The notes: generated by a model not told the origin, from the letters alone. 64,000 nt of DNA from Heptranchias perlo (GCF_035084215.1 NC_090328.1:105896001-105960000), one strand, 5' to 3'; shown: positions 13,390 through 26,392, counted from the stretch's first letter. A program made the numbers and translations.

Positions 13390-14507
13390 CAAGTTGGGAT
13401 GGTGTGTGACTTGGAGGGGAAGGTGCAGGTGGTGTTGTTCCCATGTGCCTGCTGCTCTTGTCCTTCTAGGTGGTAGAGGTCGCAGGTTTGGGAGGTGCTG
13501 ACGAAGAAGCCTTGGCGAGTTGCTGCAGTGCATCCTGTGGATAAGAACATAAGAACATAAGAAATAGGAGCAGGAGTAGGCCAATCGGCCCCTCGAGCCT
13601 GCTCCGCCATTCAATACAATCATGGCTGATCTGATCCTAACCTCAAATCTAAATTCATGTCCAATTTCCTGCCCGCTCCCTGTAATCCCTAATTCCCTTT
13701 ACTTCTAGGAAACTGTCTATTTCTGTTTTAAATTTATTTAATGATGGAGCTTCCACAGCTTCCTGGGGCAGCAAATTCCACAGACCTACTACCCTCTGAG
13801 TGAAGATGTTTCTCCTCATCTCAGTTTTGAAAGAGCAGCCCCTTATTCAAAGATTATGCCCCCTAGTTCTAGTTTCAGATGGTACACACTGCAGCCACTG
13901 TGCACCGGTGGTGAAGGGAGTGAAGATTTAGGGTGGCGGATGGGGTACCAAACAAGTGGGCTGCTTTGTCTTGAATGGTGTCGAGCTTCTTGAGCGTTGT
14001 TGGAACAGCACTCATCCAGGCAAGTGAAGAGTATTCCATCACACTCTTGACTTGTGACTTGTAGATAGTGGAAAGGCTTTGGGAGTCAGGAGGTGAGCCA
14101 CTCACCGCAGAATACCCAGCCTCTGGCCTGCTCTGTAGCCACAGTATTTATGTGGCTGGTTCAGTTAAGTTTCTGGTCAATTGTGACCCCCAGGATGTTG
14201 ATGGTGGGGGATTTGGTGATGGTAATGCCATTGAATATCAAGGGGAGGTGGTTAGACTCTCTCTTATTGGAGATGGTCATTTCCTGGCACTTGTCTGGTG
14301 CGAATGTTACTTGCCACTTATTAGCCCAAGCATGGATGTTGTCCAGGTCTTGCTCTATGCGGTCATGGACTGCTTCATTACCTGAGGGGTTGCGAATGGA
14401 ACTGAGCGCTGTAATGAGGCCTGAAGCCGAGTGGTCCTGGCGGAACCCAAATTGAGCATCGTTGAGCAGGTTATTGGTGAGTAAGTGCTGCTTGATAGCA
14501 CTGTCAA
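13390..14507 (-). mobile_element. CR1-group (Zenon-like) LINE, older copy, interrupted and internally deleted
   Basis: Homology to 31124-32542; ORF 13875-14105 (YKSQVKSVMEYSSLAW); internal deletion near 14408; nested CR1 at 13543-13877. Confidence 0.88.
13543..13877 (-). mobile_element. CR1 LINE 3' end nested in the Zenon-like LINE
   Basis: (AAGAACAT)n tail; GAT duplicated at the junctions; near-identical to 35710-35972. Confidence 0.88.
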
Positions 14508-15299
14508 TTGGGTGAAGGACGGCCCCGGCCTCAAATCAGCCCCTTCAACTGAGAATAAAATAAAATAATTTTTATGTTCCGATTGCTATAATTTGGCAGA
14601 AAAGTTATGGACAGTTTCTCCTCCAATACTTTGAAGAATTACACAAGAATTTTAGGTCTCATACTGGGGGGAAAACAAAATCATGAAACTTTGTGCACAG
14701 AGGAAATCTTCCCCCACTGTTCTTATGAAGTCTTTTGCAAAGTATTTTCTCACATTCAACAACAAGGAATGATGATGAATTGATGTCCCTGTGAGCGATG
14801 CTGCAAATGACTTTTCTGTCAGTTTTTTTAAAAATTAGTCATATTTAAAAATTTTGCACCTGAGCTACTAGGGCTCCAAGACAATAGGTCAGCAACCGAG
14901 TTGTCAGAGAACTGAGTCGGCCCATAAACTCCTGGCTTTAAGAGAGATGTAAAAAAAGCATCTTTTAAAAACACTTTTCAAACCAACTGACCTGGTCGTG
15001 TTGGCCAATCGCACGGCACACTGGGATCATATCATATGCTCCGAAGGCAAAGAAAACCATTTGAAAGAAATAAAAAAAACCTCAGCATACTCTTTTGTAT
15101 TTAACAGCTCCAGTTTTTAGAAGCTCATCTGCCTCAAAGAAAAATATTGCAATACTCTGTTAAGAGTTACATGTAGCAACCTTGTTTTCAGACTATCCCT
15201 ATTCCAGTTATAAAATGGACTCCCTTACAGTATGCATTTAATTATAACTCAACGATAACAGCTTTAGGCTGTAATTTTTCTGCATTTATTCCCCCCAAC

Positions 15300-15445
15300 T
15301 AAGAATTATACATCACAGAAGGAGGCCACTTGGCCCATCGTGTCTGTGCCAGCTCTTTGAAAGAACTATCTAATTAGTCTCACTCCCCTGCTGCTTCCCC
15401 ATAGTCCAGTAAGTTTTTCCTTTTCAAGTATATACCCAATTCCCA
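15300..15445 (-). mobile_element. CR1 3' end fragment
   Basis: CACAGAAGGAGGCCA..GGCCCATC tail motif, as at 22450 and 46785. Confidence 0.75.
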
Positions 15446-16047
15446 AGTATATATCCCTCTCTCATAAAATCACTTTGGCTGGGATTTCCCACTTTGTTGG
15501 ACACCAGCATGAAGTTGGCGTGGCAGGATTTGTGCCTGGAATTTTGGTTGCCACTGGTCCCGGAAGATTTTCCAGGGTCAGCCTAATTAGTGTTAATTTT
15601 TGGCAGGGTCCCGGGGAACAGTGTGAGGAAGAGGAAAATGGCTACTGCAGTGAAGCAGGACTGGCTGCCTATGGGGTGACTGAAGAAAGGAGGGAGCAAC
15701 TTTTGAAACAAATTTTAAATTCACATGGTAAGGGAATGCAACTGATTGCCCTTTGATCAATTTAACTCAGTGAAAGGGAACTATTTAAAATTTAAATCCC
15801 CTTCCGCACACCAACGCATCACTGAATGCCAGTCATATGCTGGTCTTCCTTGCGCCCATTGTTGCTATGGCGATAAATGAGACAGGTGACATAATTCTGT
15901 CATTATAGTCCATCTTGAGTAAACACGCCCATGTTTAATATTTTGCTTGAATATCAATAGATTATAATTGTAGACTGGTAGTTTGCTCTCACACTATTTT
16001 TGAAGTGTTTGTAATATAAATAAGACGTTCCAAAAAATAATCCTTCC

Positions 16048-16491
16048 ATTTTTTTTATTAATCATTCTCAGGAAGTGGTCTTCGCTGAAAAGGCCAGCAT
16101 TTCCTAACCCTACTTGTCCTCGGAAGGTGATGGTGGACCTTTGTCTGAATCACTAGCAGTTTGATACAACTGAGTGGCTTGTTGAGCCACTTCAGAGGGC
16201 AGTTAGAGTCAAGAGTTGGTGTAGGACTGGATCACGTATAGGCCAGACCAGATAAGGACAGAAGGTTTCCTTCCCTAACGGATATTAGTGAACCAGGGGG
16301 TTTATTTGACAATTTGACAGCTTCATGGTCACTTTTACTGATACCAGCCTTTTTTCATTTCCAGGTTTTTTTAAACCGAATTCAAATTCTCAAGGTGTCA
16401 CGGTGGGATTTGAACTTATGTTCTACTGGATTATTTGTCTAGGCCTCTGGATCACTAGTCCAGTAACATAAACCACTACAACTACCATACC
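16048..16491 (-). mobile_element. tRNA-derived SINE with Zenon-like LINE tail (diverged copy)
   Basis: Collinear with 41645-42094: tRNA head, body, degraded LINE 3' end and poly(A). Confidence 0.75.
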
Positions 16492-16892
16492 GTCAAGCTG
16501 TCAGTGCAGGATCTGTTCATTGACTCTCCCACACCATGAGTTCCCAAACTACAGCTGAAGGCTTGGAAATTCTGCGGGGGGATCATCCGGTCTCCCACCC
16601 TAACTTTGGCCATTTTCAGATCTTCACTGGGGTTCTCCCGTCGGCGTTAGGGTGGGAGACCCCTGTGGAATTTCAGGGCCACAATGACTGCAAAGGCCTG
16701 CAAGGTCCCCTATGGAAAGGGAGGTAAAACTGGAGAGTGAACCTGCTCCATTGGCCAGTAATAAAGAAGCACTGGTCAAAGCTAGTGGGCCAATACCAGC
16801 TCATGATCTTGGCATGGAAATGATACATGGAGTTATTTGGTGGGGCAGGAGAGCTTGGAGCTAGAGTTGGGAGAGTTTTAGAAACCAACAAA

Positions 16893-19720
16893 GGATGACC
16901 AAAACATTGATAAAAAGGGAGAAAATAGAATGTGAAAGTAAACTAGCAAGAAATATAAAAACGGATTGTCAGAGCTTCTACAAGTATGTAAAAAGGAAGA
17001 GTGTAGCAAAAGTAATCGTTGGTCCCTTAAAAGCTGAGACTGGAGAAATTAGAATGGGGAATCAGGAAATGGCAGAGATGTTAAACAAACATTTGGTATC
17101 TATTGAAGGGTTCTCAAAATTCCCACATTTTTTTTCCATATCATCAACAAGGATATAACTTTTGACATGCCCGGGCTTGTTGGGTGCAGTGTGGATTGTT
17201 CCTGAAAACCAGACAATGAGAGAAGACAGAATACGCATTCTTCCCTTTAAAACAATCAACCCAGAGAAAGACTTCAGCTTACACGAACCTAAAGCCCATC
17301 AAAACCTTGCATAAATTATCGCTACTAGCTACTAAAAGCAGGAAGGTAGCAATCAATGCAATTATGCAAACCCATCAATACAATGGCTTTCAGTTCAAGA
17401 CTAGTTACGGGGACAGGAAGCCAACAATCACCTGAAGAAGCCCACCATAATCAGACAAAGAACTAACCTTGTTTTGGATTCAGATAAGAAATTCGAAAAA
17501 CAGTATAACTGGGCCACCAGTTAAGAAGCACAGGGGGTTGGTTTTGGAGCAGGTTCTAAGCAGTTCAGTTTTAAACAGCAGTTTTGGAGCAGCAACAAGG
17601 CAACCGCAGCCCTCCACGAAGATCGCCCAACCACAACTGCGCCTTACCGCACCAACAGACTCTATCCAACTGAAGAACCTCCGCAGATTCCACAGACCAG
17701 GACCACGTGGGGACGGCAGGGCCCAGAGGACACAAAGAGCGTACCCCAAAACTGCAACCGGCTTACCTGGCTGGATTTCGAACTGTCAAGGAACCCTGGT
17801 TTTGGTGAGCATGATCCCTGACCTCTCCTAGTTCAATTTAGTTAGGTTTTGGGGGTGGGACAAGGGTAAGGGGATTAGTAGGGTGATTTTCCCTCGTTAT
17901 GCCGTGTGTTCCCCATTCTTAACTAAGTGTACTTTGTATGTCTGCATAATCTCAGTGTTATCCTAATGTTATAAGTTCATTTGTGACTTCAATAAACCCA
18001 GTTTCTTTTCTTGTACCAAAACCAGTTGTCTGCTGCACTTTGTCACAACCCCCAAATAAGTCCAAGGTCTAGAACCCAGGGAGTGGGAGCGATTCGGACC
18101 GCTCAGTAGTCAGAGGTGAAGCTGACACACCACCACCACCCCCTACACTATCTTCACAGTAGAAGACACAAAAAGCATACCAAAAATAATGGGGAACCAA
18201 GGGGTAAATGAGAGTGAGGAACTTAAAACAATTAAAATCACTAGAGAAAAAGTACTGGAGAAACCAATGGGACTAAAAGCCAATAAATCCCCTGGACCTG
18301 ATGGCCTACATCCGAGGGTTCTAAAAGAGGTGGCTGCAGAGATAGTGGATGCATTGGTTGTGATCTTCCAAAATTCTCTTGATTCTGGAACGGTCCCAGT
18401 GGATTGGAAGGTAGCAAATGTTACTCCGCTAATGAAGAAGGGAGGGTTGGAGAAAACAGGGAGCTACAGGCCAGTTAGGCTGACATCGGTTGTCGGGAAA
18501 ATGCTGGAATTCATTATTAAGGAAGTGGTAACAGGGCACTTAGAAAATCGTAATATGATTAGGCAGAGTCAACATGGTTTCCTGAAAGGGAAATCGTGTT
18601 TGACAAATGTATTAGAGTTTTTTGAGGATGTAACTAGCAGGGTAGATAGAGGGGAGCCAGTGGATGTAGTATATTTGGATTTTCAAAAGGCATTCGATAA
18701 GGTGCCACATAAAAGGTTGTTACACAAGATTAGGGCTCATGGGGTTGGGAGTAATACATCAGCTTAGATAAAGGATTGGTTAAAGGATAGAAAACAGAGA
18801 GTAGAGATAAACGGGTCATTCTCAGGTTGGCAGGCTGTAACTAGTGGGGTGCCGCAAGGATCGGTGCTTGGACCTCAGCTATTTACGATCTATATCAACG
18901 ACTTGGATGAAGGGACTGAGCGTAATGTATCCAACTTTGGTAGGAAGAATATAAAAATAGAATATTTTTTAAACGTGAGATACTATTAAATGTTGGTGTT
19001 GAGAGAGACTTGGGTGTCCTCGTACAAGAAACACAAAAAGTTAGTATACAGGTACAGCAAGCAATTAGGAAGGCAAATGACATGTTGGCCTTTATTGCAA
19101 GCGGGTTGGAGTACAAGAGTAAGGAAGTCTTGCTATGGTTGTACAGGGCATCGGTGAGACCTCGCCTGGAGTACTGCATACAGTTTTGGTCTCCTTATCT
19201 AAGGAAGGATATACTTGCCTTAGAGGCAGTGCAACGAAGGTTCACTAGATTAATTCCTGGGATGAGAGGGTTGTCCTTGGAGGAGAGGTTGGGTAGACTG
19301 GGGCTATACTCTCTGGAGTTTAGAAGAATGAGAGATGACCTCATTGAAACATATAATATTATGAGGAGGTTTGACAGGGTTGATGCTGAGAGATTGTTTC
19401 CCCTGGGTGGAGAGTCTAGAACTAGGGGGCATAATCTCAGGATACGGGGTCGGCCATTCAAGACTGTGATGAGGAGGAGTTTTTTAACGCAGAGGGTTGT
19501 GAATCTTTGGAATTCTCTACCCCAGAGGGCTGTGGATGCTGAGTCATTGAATATATTCAAGGCTGAGATCGATAGATTTTTGGACTCTAGGGGAATCAAG
19601 GGATATGGGGATTGGGCGGGAAAGTGGAGTTGAGGTTGAAGATCAGCCATGATCTGACTGAATGGCAGAGCAGGCTCAAGGGGTCGTATGGTCCACTCCT
19701 GCTCCTATTTCCTATTTCTT
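16893..19720 (+). mobile_element. CR1 LINE ORF2 relic (RT), split by a solo LTR
   Basis: ORFs 16895-17158, 18189-18767 (KSPGPDG, YRPV, QHGF, LDFQKAFDKVPH) and 19010-19633; CR1 3' tail; stops and a deletion present. Confidence 0.95.
17104..18147 (+). mobile_element. Solo LTR (family B, 1044 bp) nested in CR1
   Basis: TGAAGGG...CCCTACA termini, exact TSD CTAT (17100-17103, 18148-18151); removing it restores the CR1 sequence; TATAAC at 17504, AATAAA at 17991. Confidence 0.9.
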
Positions 19721-20596
19721 CGATGGCAAGGAAGAACAATAATTTGTGTGGGCTGGGGGGAAGGAGAGAGGGGGCACTTCCATATACAATACATTGACTT
19801 GTTATAAGGCATTGAATTTCACTAGCTAGATTACAAACTAAATGAAGATCAGTCCAATTCACACTGAATGGATTTCAATTAATGTTGCAGTAGCCATTTG
19901 GTATGTCAAATCAAACACTGAGACCTTGTTGATTAAAGCAGTCAATGTAGATATTACATTCAATATAGATTCATCACACAGTGAAAGGTGAGTATATTAG
20001 ATATTTTAAAACTTTGCAATTTTATTGGAATACATCACATCAGACGTGCGTTCTGCAGTATTTTATTAAACATGACAAGTGAAGACATTTGCCAAAGAAA
20101 AGATTATGCGTTTGATAATTGCTTCTTCAGAAACCTCCTGAGGGCCGTATCCAGGGGTACGAAACATCACATAGGGATGTGACAGTCAAGGCTAGCTGTC
20201 ATCCAGGAAGAAGGCTGGAGATGCACAATGTTTCAGACACTCGGGGTTAGAAAAGGGGGGGAAAATAGGCATAAAACAATATCATTGTCTGCCAACATCT
20301 CTTGCCTGTGAAACATTGCATACACTGCTTTCCATAATCTTTTGCTACTATTTTCACTTTCACTCGACTAACGGTTTTCCTTTGCTTCGTGAGATATTCA
20401 TGCATTTTACGTGAAAGCACAGCTACATTAATGCCACGGCCTGATTGGTGACATCTCTACTGGTGGTTTCATGCCGTAGCATTAAAGAGAATTCAATACT
20501 TCACATTCGCTTCAACTCGCAACTTTGGGACCCAAGCTGCTGGCACGTCCATTACTATGGATTTCATAACAGAATAACAGCGAACCTCACGCATGT

Positions 20597-21295
20597 AAAG
20601 AAAGAATAAAGAACTTGCATTTACATAGTGCCTTTCATGATCTCAGGATGACCCAAAGCTGGTGTCAGCCATGCCTCAGTTAGTAGCTTCTTGCCTCTCA
20701 GTCAGGAGGTTGTGGGTTCAAGCCCAGATCTAGAGACTTGAGCCCATAATCTAGGCTGACACTCATGTGCAGTACTGAGGGAGTGCTGCACCGTCAGAGG
20801 TGCTGTCTTTCAGATGAGAAGTTAATCTGAGGCCTCATTTGTCCTTTTAGGTGGATGCAAAAGATCCCATGGCACTATTATGAAGAAGAGCAGAGGAGTT
20901 CTCCCTGACGTCCTGGCCAATATTAATCCCTTAACCAACATCACTAAAAAAAAATTATCTGGTCATTATCACTTTGCTGTTTATGGGACCTTGCTGTGCG
21001 CAAATTGGCTGCCACATTTCCTACATTACAACAGTGACTACACTTCAAAAAAGTACTTCATTGGCTGTAAAGCACTGTGGGACATCCTGAGGTATCAAAT
21101 GCACTGTATAAATGCAAATACTTTCTTTCTTTACAGCCAATGAAGTACTTTTGAAGTGTAGTCGCTGTTGTATTGTAGGAAACACCAATTTACGCAAAAA
21201 GCAATGAGCTAATCTGTTTTTTTATGTTAGTTGAGGGGTAAATATTGGCCAAGACACCGGGGACAACTCCCCTGCACTTCTTTGAATAATGTCAT
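20597..21295 (-). mobile_element. DeuSINE 3' half, interrupted by a second DeuSINE
   Basis: Tail at 20597-20659 resumes at 21131 (CCCAAAGC | TTACAGCCAATGAAG). Confidence 0.75.
20661..21130 (+). mobile_element. DeuSINE, full length
   Basis: GGTGTCAGCC head, GGTTCAAGCCC B box, Deu core, (CTTT)n tail. Confidence 0.9.
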
Positions 21296-22299
21296 TGCAC
21301 TCCCTGAGTGCTGCACTGAGCAGTAACATAATTGCCAACTGTCTGCTTTTTGCACAGGTGATTAGTGTTTCCAGCCCCTGTTCACACTGTTTGCACAGGA
21401 ACTGGAAAGTCAGCTGCTTGTTGAGGTACCTGATAATACATGGTCCACATCATTTGGATCTGCAGCGATTGCTCAGGTGAGGGACCAGAGCAGTGTGCAC
21501 CTGGATCTCCTTGAGAAATTTGTGTATCTACTAAACAATACAAAAAAACAATAAAACAAAAAAGAGGCTTTTTAAAATATCTTTGTTTAATACTTCTCTC
21601 TAGTTACTTCATTAATTAAAGATAACAGCCCATCCTGACATTGTGAAACTAAAATAATTCCAGAATGAACAAAAGCAGTTTTTTAACATTGTGTCATCTC
21701 ATTTTCTTCAACATGATTATTTCATGAGCTTTTTAATTATGAATTTAGTCTATCAGTAAATTTAGCTATTTGAAAATTGCAAATGTTTTCAGCACCACTT
21801 GTCATTGTCCAAAGGCTGAATTAACATCACAGCCATCTTGCATTTAAACTTTTTATACTTTTGGTGCTTTTAATTTCTAAATGCACTAATGTTACTAAAC
21901 ATTAGTCAATGCAAGCTCCCTTTGTGGTGAAGCTAGGCGATGGAATTAGTTGATCAACTGTTGTATTCTGTACACTGTATACAACCCAACCATCAGCATT
22001 TCTCACTGATGGTTGATGTTTCTGCTGTGGCGTCCGCATGTCAGGGTTTGCTGATCAAAATCACCATTTTAATTGCTTCCAGCAGCTTGAGCTAACAATT
22101 GCCCAAGAATGCCCCAAATTTGTTTGCACGCATGCCTGTTGGTTCACTAATATCAGTGACTTTTGAGGTGATTTGTCATGGAATGTGCACTGGATGCTTC
22201 GGAGGCCTACAACAGCAATCAGAAAGGAACAGATTACATGTTGCTCTGAAGAGGAATGTGTAGGGTACGTTGGAGTTCTGTACAAGGCTGCCAACCATT

Positions 22300-22445
22300 G
22301 TAGGGATCTGAAGAGCCTTACTTACACTGCTGTCATTAATTTTCATAAGGCTTTAGGCCAAGTGCCTTTTACAATCCTTCTGAAGAAGCTGGAGGCTATG
22401 GGACTGTATGGCCACATATTAGTTGTTATCTGGGATGTGTACTTA
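22300..22445 (+). mobile_element. Highly eroded LINE RT fragment
   Basis: INFHKALGQVPFTILLKKLEAMGLYG resembles LDFxKAFDKVPHxRLLxKLxAxGIxG. Confidence 0.5.
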
Positions 22446-23470
22446 GAATCGTAAAATCATAGAATTATAGAATGATTGCAGCACAGAAGGAGGCCATTCG
22501 GTCCATCGAGCCCATGCCGGTTCTTTGTAAGAGCAATCGAGTTAGTCCCATTCCCCTGCTCTTTCCCGGTAGCCCAGTAATTTTTTTCCCTTCAAGTATT
22601 TATCCAATTCCTTTTTAAGAGCCATGATTGAATCTGCTCCCACCACCCTTTCAGGCAGCACATTCCAGATCATAACTACTCACTGCGTAAAACACTTTTT
22701 CCTCATGTTGCCTTTGGTTCTTTTGCCAATCACCTTAAATCTGTGTCCCTTCTGCCAATGGAAACAGGTTCTCTTTATTTACACTTCTATTAAATTTCCT
22801 CTTAACCATCTTTGGTCTAAGGAAAACAACCTCAGCTTCTCCAGTCTATCCAGAACTCTCTCATCCCTGGAACCGTTCTAGTAAATCTTTTCTGCACCCT
22901 CTCTAAGGTCTTCACATCCTTCCTGAAGTGTGGTGCCTAGAATTGGACACAATACACCAGTTGTGGCCAAACCAATGTTTTATAAAGGTTCAACATAACT
23001 TCCTTGCTTTTGTACTCTATGCCTGTATTTATAAAGCCCAGGATCCTGTATGCTTTTTTAATTGCTTTCTCAACCTGCCCTACCACCTTCAAAGATTTGT
23101 GCACATATACCCCCAAGTCTCTCTGTTCCTTCATCCCCTTTAGAAATGTACCATTTAGCTTATATTGCCTCTCCTCATTCTTCCTGCCAAAATGTATCAC
23201 TTTGCATTTCTTTGCATTAAATTTGATCTGTCATGTGTCTGCCCATTCCACCAGCCTGTCTACGTTGTCTTGAAGTCTATTACTATCCTCCTCACTGTTT
23301 AGTAACTTCCAAGTTTTGTGTCATCTGCAAATTTTGAAATTGTGCCATGTACACCCAAGTCCAAGTCATTAATATATATCAAAAAAAGCAGTGGTCCTAG
23401 TACCGACTCCTGGGGAGTACCACTGTATACCTTCCTCCTATCCAAAAAACAACCGTTCTCTATTACTTCA
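22446..23470 (-). mobile_element. CR1 LINE, 5' truncated
   Basis: PQESVLGPLLFLIYINDL..SKFADDTKLG, HFGRKN, RDLGV motifs; (ATTCTATG)-type tail at ~22450. Confidence 0.92.
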
Positions 23471-23524
23471 GCTGCAGCATCCGTGTAGGGATGGATGAGA
23501 GACCCATTGCACCTATTCGTCTTA

Positions 23525-23705
23525 AAAGAGGCTTGAGGGGCCGTATGGCTTACTCCTGCTCCTATTTCTTGTGTTGCTATTCCTTTCTCCCTCATGTGTT
23601 TATCTAGCTTCCCTTTAAATGCATCTATGCTATTCGCCTCAACTACTCCATGTGGTCGCGAGTTCCACATTCTAACCACTTTCTGAGTAAAGAAGTTTCT
23701 CCTGA
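23525..23705. mobile_element. Two adjacent CR1 fragments in opposite orientation
   Basis: + strand tail 23525-23575 followed by - strand RRNFFTQKVVRMWNS segment. Confidence 0.65.
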
Positions 23706-24411
23706 GCTGACCACTGTTGCTCGTCCTATCTGATGTCTTCATCAATGGCATCATAAAGGATTGCTTCGGAGTATCACTTCTGAGTATGTTTGAAGTGCGC
23801 TCGTTTTCACAGATGATATTGTATTATCGGGGGACCCGACTGGGTCATCTCACTAGCTTTTGTGATTTTGATAAGTTAGTATGTATGGCGCAATGCCCTG
23901 AGTGTCATCTGCTTGCATGAGTGGCTCTAAACAAGCCCTTATAACGCAACCTGTAGATTAGGTAAAGCTGTACATTTTCCTCTTAACAGGTCACCAAGGA
24001 TACCTTAAGGAGCAGTTAATGAGATGTAAAACTATGAGCATTATATATTTAAAAACAATAAAGAGAGTGGTTAAAGGTGACCAGAAAGCTTGGATCTGAC
24101 AGATTCCTTTTTATGTTTTCTGCAGCTATCTTAACTTAAAGAGAGAGTTTCACCAATGGGACTTGCTTTAGATTTCAGTTATAATTAATGTCAATATACT
24201 TGGATTTTATTGCATCCATTTTTGGAATTTTTAATTTTTTTTGCTTAATTTGCACTGAGATTATTAAGGATATTAAGCTGAAGGTGTTATGGATGAATAC
24301 AGTTAAGGAGCTAAACTAGCATTCGTGGTCAACTCAGGGATGACTCAACAAATATTGTGAGTGTTAATTTGGTTGCCTCTCACTGCCGGGTTCAGTGACC
24401 CTTAAAAGCTT

Positions 24412-24939
24412 GGGCCTGGATTTTCCTCCACCATCCTGGCCCAAATTGGAAACAGTGGGGTATATCAGGCCGTAAGACTTACCGCCACCTTCCTGACCCA
24501 ACCTTAATTTCCTTGCCCTCGCGTCCACTTCCCCTTCCCCATCCGTCACTTGCAAATATCAGCGAGGAGGCAGGGAATAGGTTCCTGGCTCATATCCCGC
24601 ATCTCCTCTCCTCTTACCCCTACTTCCCAGGATTACCAGTTCCTGAGGTAGCGTGGAACGTTTCAAGGTCACCTGATGGAGGAAGAAGGTCTAGGAGCAG
24701 CCTCCTCTCTTTCAATTTTGGCCCAATCCTTTACCTGCTGAAGGCCTTGATCTTGGCTGAAGCCTTCAGTAAAAGATCTGTTGCAGTATTTGGGGCCATA
24801 TGGCCCCCTTAAGTTGGTCTTCCACCTCTTCTAGTGCTGGTGATTTCTGTAGGGCTCCGATTTGCTGGTGGGGTTCCCGGCAGGAGCTGCCATCAATACA
24901 TAATGGCAGAGTCAGGGCAGTGGGTGGAAGTCCTGGCCC
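24412..24939. mobile_element. Non-autonomous Harbinger-type element
   Basis: TIR GGGCCTGGATTTTCC / GGAAGTCCTGGCCC. Confidence 0.55.
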
Positions 24940-25272
24940 GACCCTATATGGGTAGATAAAGAAAAATCCAGGCCCTTGCTGCTTAAACACAAATATTTCA
25001 AACATTGACCCAAAAAGATGGAATAAAAGAGACAAATGGTCATATTTATGCTTAAGACCTCAATCACTGTTTAACATAATCATTATTAAACATATCAAGT
25101 GTGGAAAACTGTGATACAGCCTGATTTTAAAAAATATAATTTGCCCTTCTCACCGTTCCCCAGTCTCCTGTAAATGGAACGGTGAAACTCAATCAATGTT
25201 GCAGCTACATGCTTCACATTATCTGTCCTTGTAGAGACTGCGTGATCTCCTTGTGAATATGGTAAAGGTCAC

Positions 25273-25471
25273 NNNNNNNNNNNNNNNNNNNNNNNNNNNN
25301 NNNNNNNNNNNNNNNNNNNNNNNNNNNNNNNNNNNNNNNNNNNNNNNNNNNNNNNNNNNNNNNNNNNNNNNNNNNNNNNNNNNNNNNNNNNNNNNNNNNN
25401 NNNNNNNNNNNNNNNNNNNNNNNNNNNNNNNNNNNNNNNNNNNNNNNNNNNNNNNNNNNNNNNNNNNNNNN
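25273..25471. other. Assembly gap (N run, ~200 nt placeholder)
   Basis: Run of N. Confidence 0.99.
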
Positions 25472-26392
25472 TGTTCTTATTAATGCTACCAAGCGTTGCT
25501 AATCCTTCATAATAATAACTTCCATGACAATTCAGGCCTGAGTGTAACCAAACATGCAAGCTTTATTCTAGACTCAAGAATAACATTCTAATGCAGTTAT
25601 ACCAAACAACAAGTATTTATATAACAACGTTCTAATACAGTTATATCAAATAAACAGGGATGGTACAACCTGTCCCTAGGAAATTTCAGGATGATCAGAC
25701 CTGGTTCGTAGAGTGTGTGGACTTCCACCAGTCCCGAGAAGCTGCTTCTGACTTGTAGTGTGTCTGTGCCTCAGTTTATGCATCTTTCAGAAGCATATTA
25801 GCTTCTGGTAGCTTAACGATATTAGTCCCATGATGTCATTTGTCTTGGATATCTTTCCCCCAGGGTGCCCATTGTTCCAGACATCTTTCAGATATCCATT
25901 CTATGATGTTAACTGTTTGTCTGACACCTTTTCTATGGGGTTAACTGTTTTCAATTCTATCTAGCTTATGGGAGAGGGACATGCCCTTATCTTTCTGCGT
26001 ATTTGGATTGTTCAGATGCAGACATTTAAGGTGTCTCATCCTGTATATGCCAATCATGAAGGTTACCTAATTATCTGAACAAAGCTCCTGCAATTAACAT
26101 TACAGGATTAGTATGTGGCCAAGTCCTGAGTCTTTGTTTATGCTTTGGGACTTCTTGTTATCTGTTTCTGACAATTGGTCTTCAGTGTGTCTGTTTCACG
26201 CTTCTATTGTCTCTGCAATATTCCCAATCACTTTGATGGCGTGATGTTAGATATATAATTTCCTGTTGAATGTTGGCTCCCTTTGTATTCTCACAGATGC
26301 AAGGTCTGCTCTTCGCTTTTTAGCCAAGCGCCTAAAGCTTTGCAGGATGGGATATATGATTATGATTTGGTCTAGAAATTGTATTTCTTACA
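25472..26392 (-). mobile_element. LTR (family A, ~920 bp) whose 3' end abuts the gap
   Basis: Minus strand begins TGTAAGAAATAC at 26392 and ends ...TAAGAACA at 25472; AATAAA at ~25562-25567; homologous to 1-373. Confidence 0.7.

Noticed and set aside
23525-23705. Twin-priming inversion of one CR1
   Set aside because: Segment order (tail first, then inverted body) does not fit twin priming; two insertions are simpler.
25214-25559. ORFs containing X runs
   Set aside because: Artefacts of the N gap.
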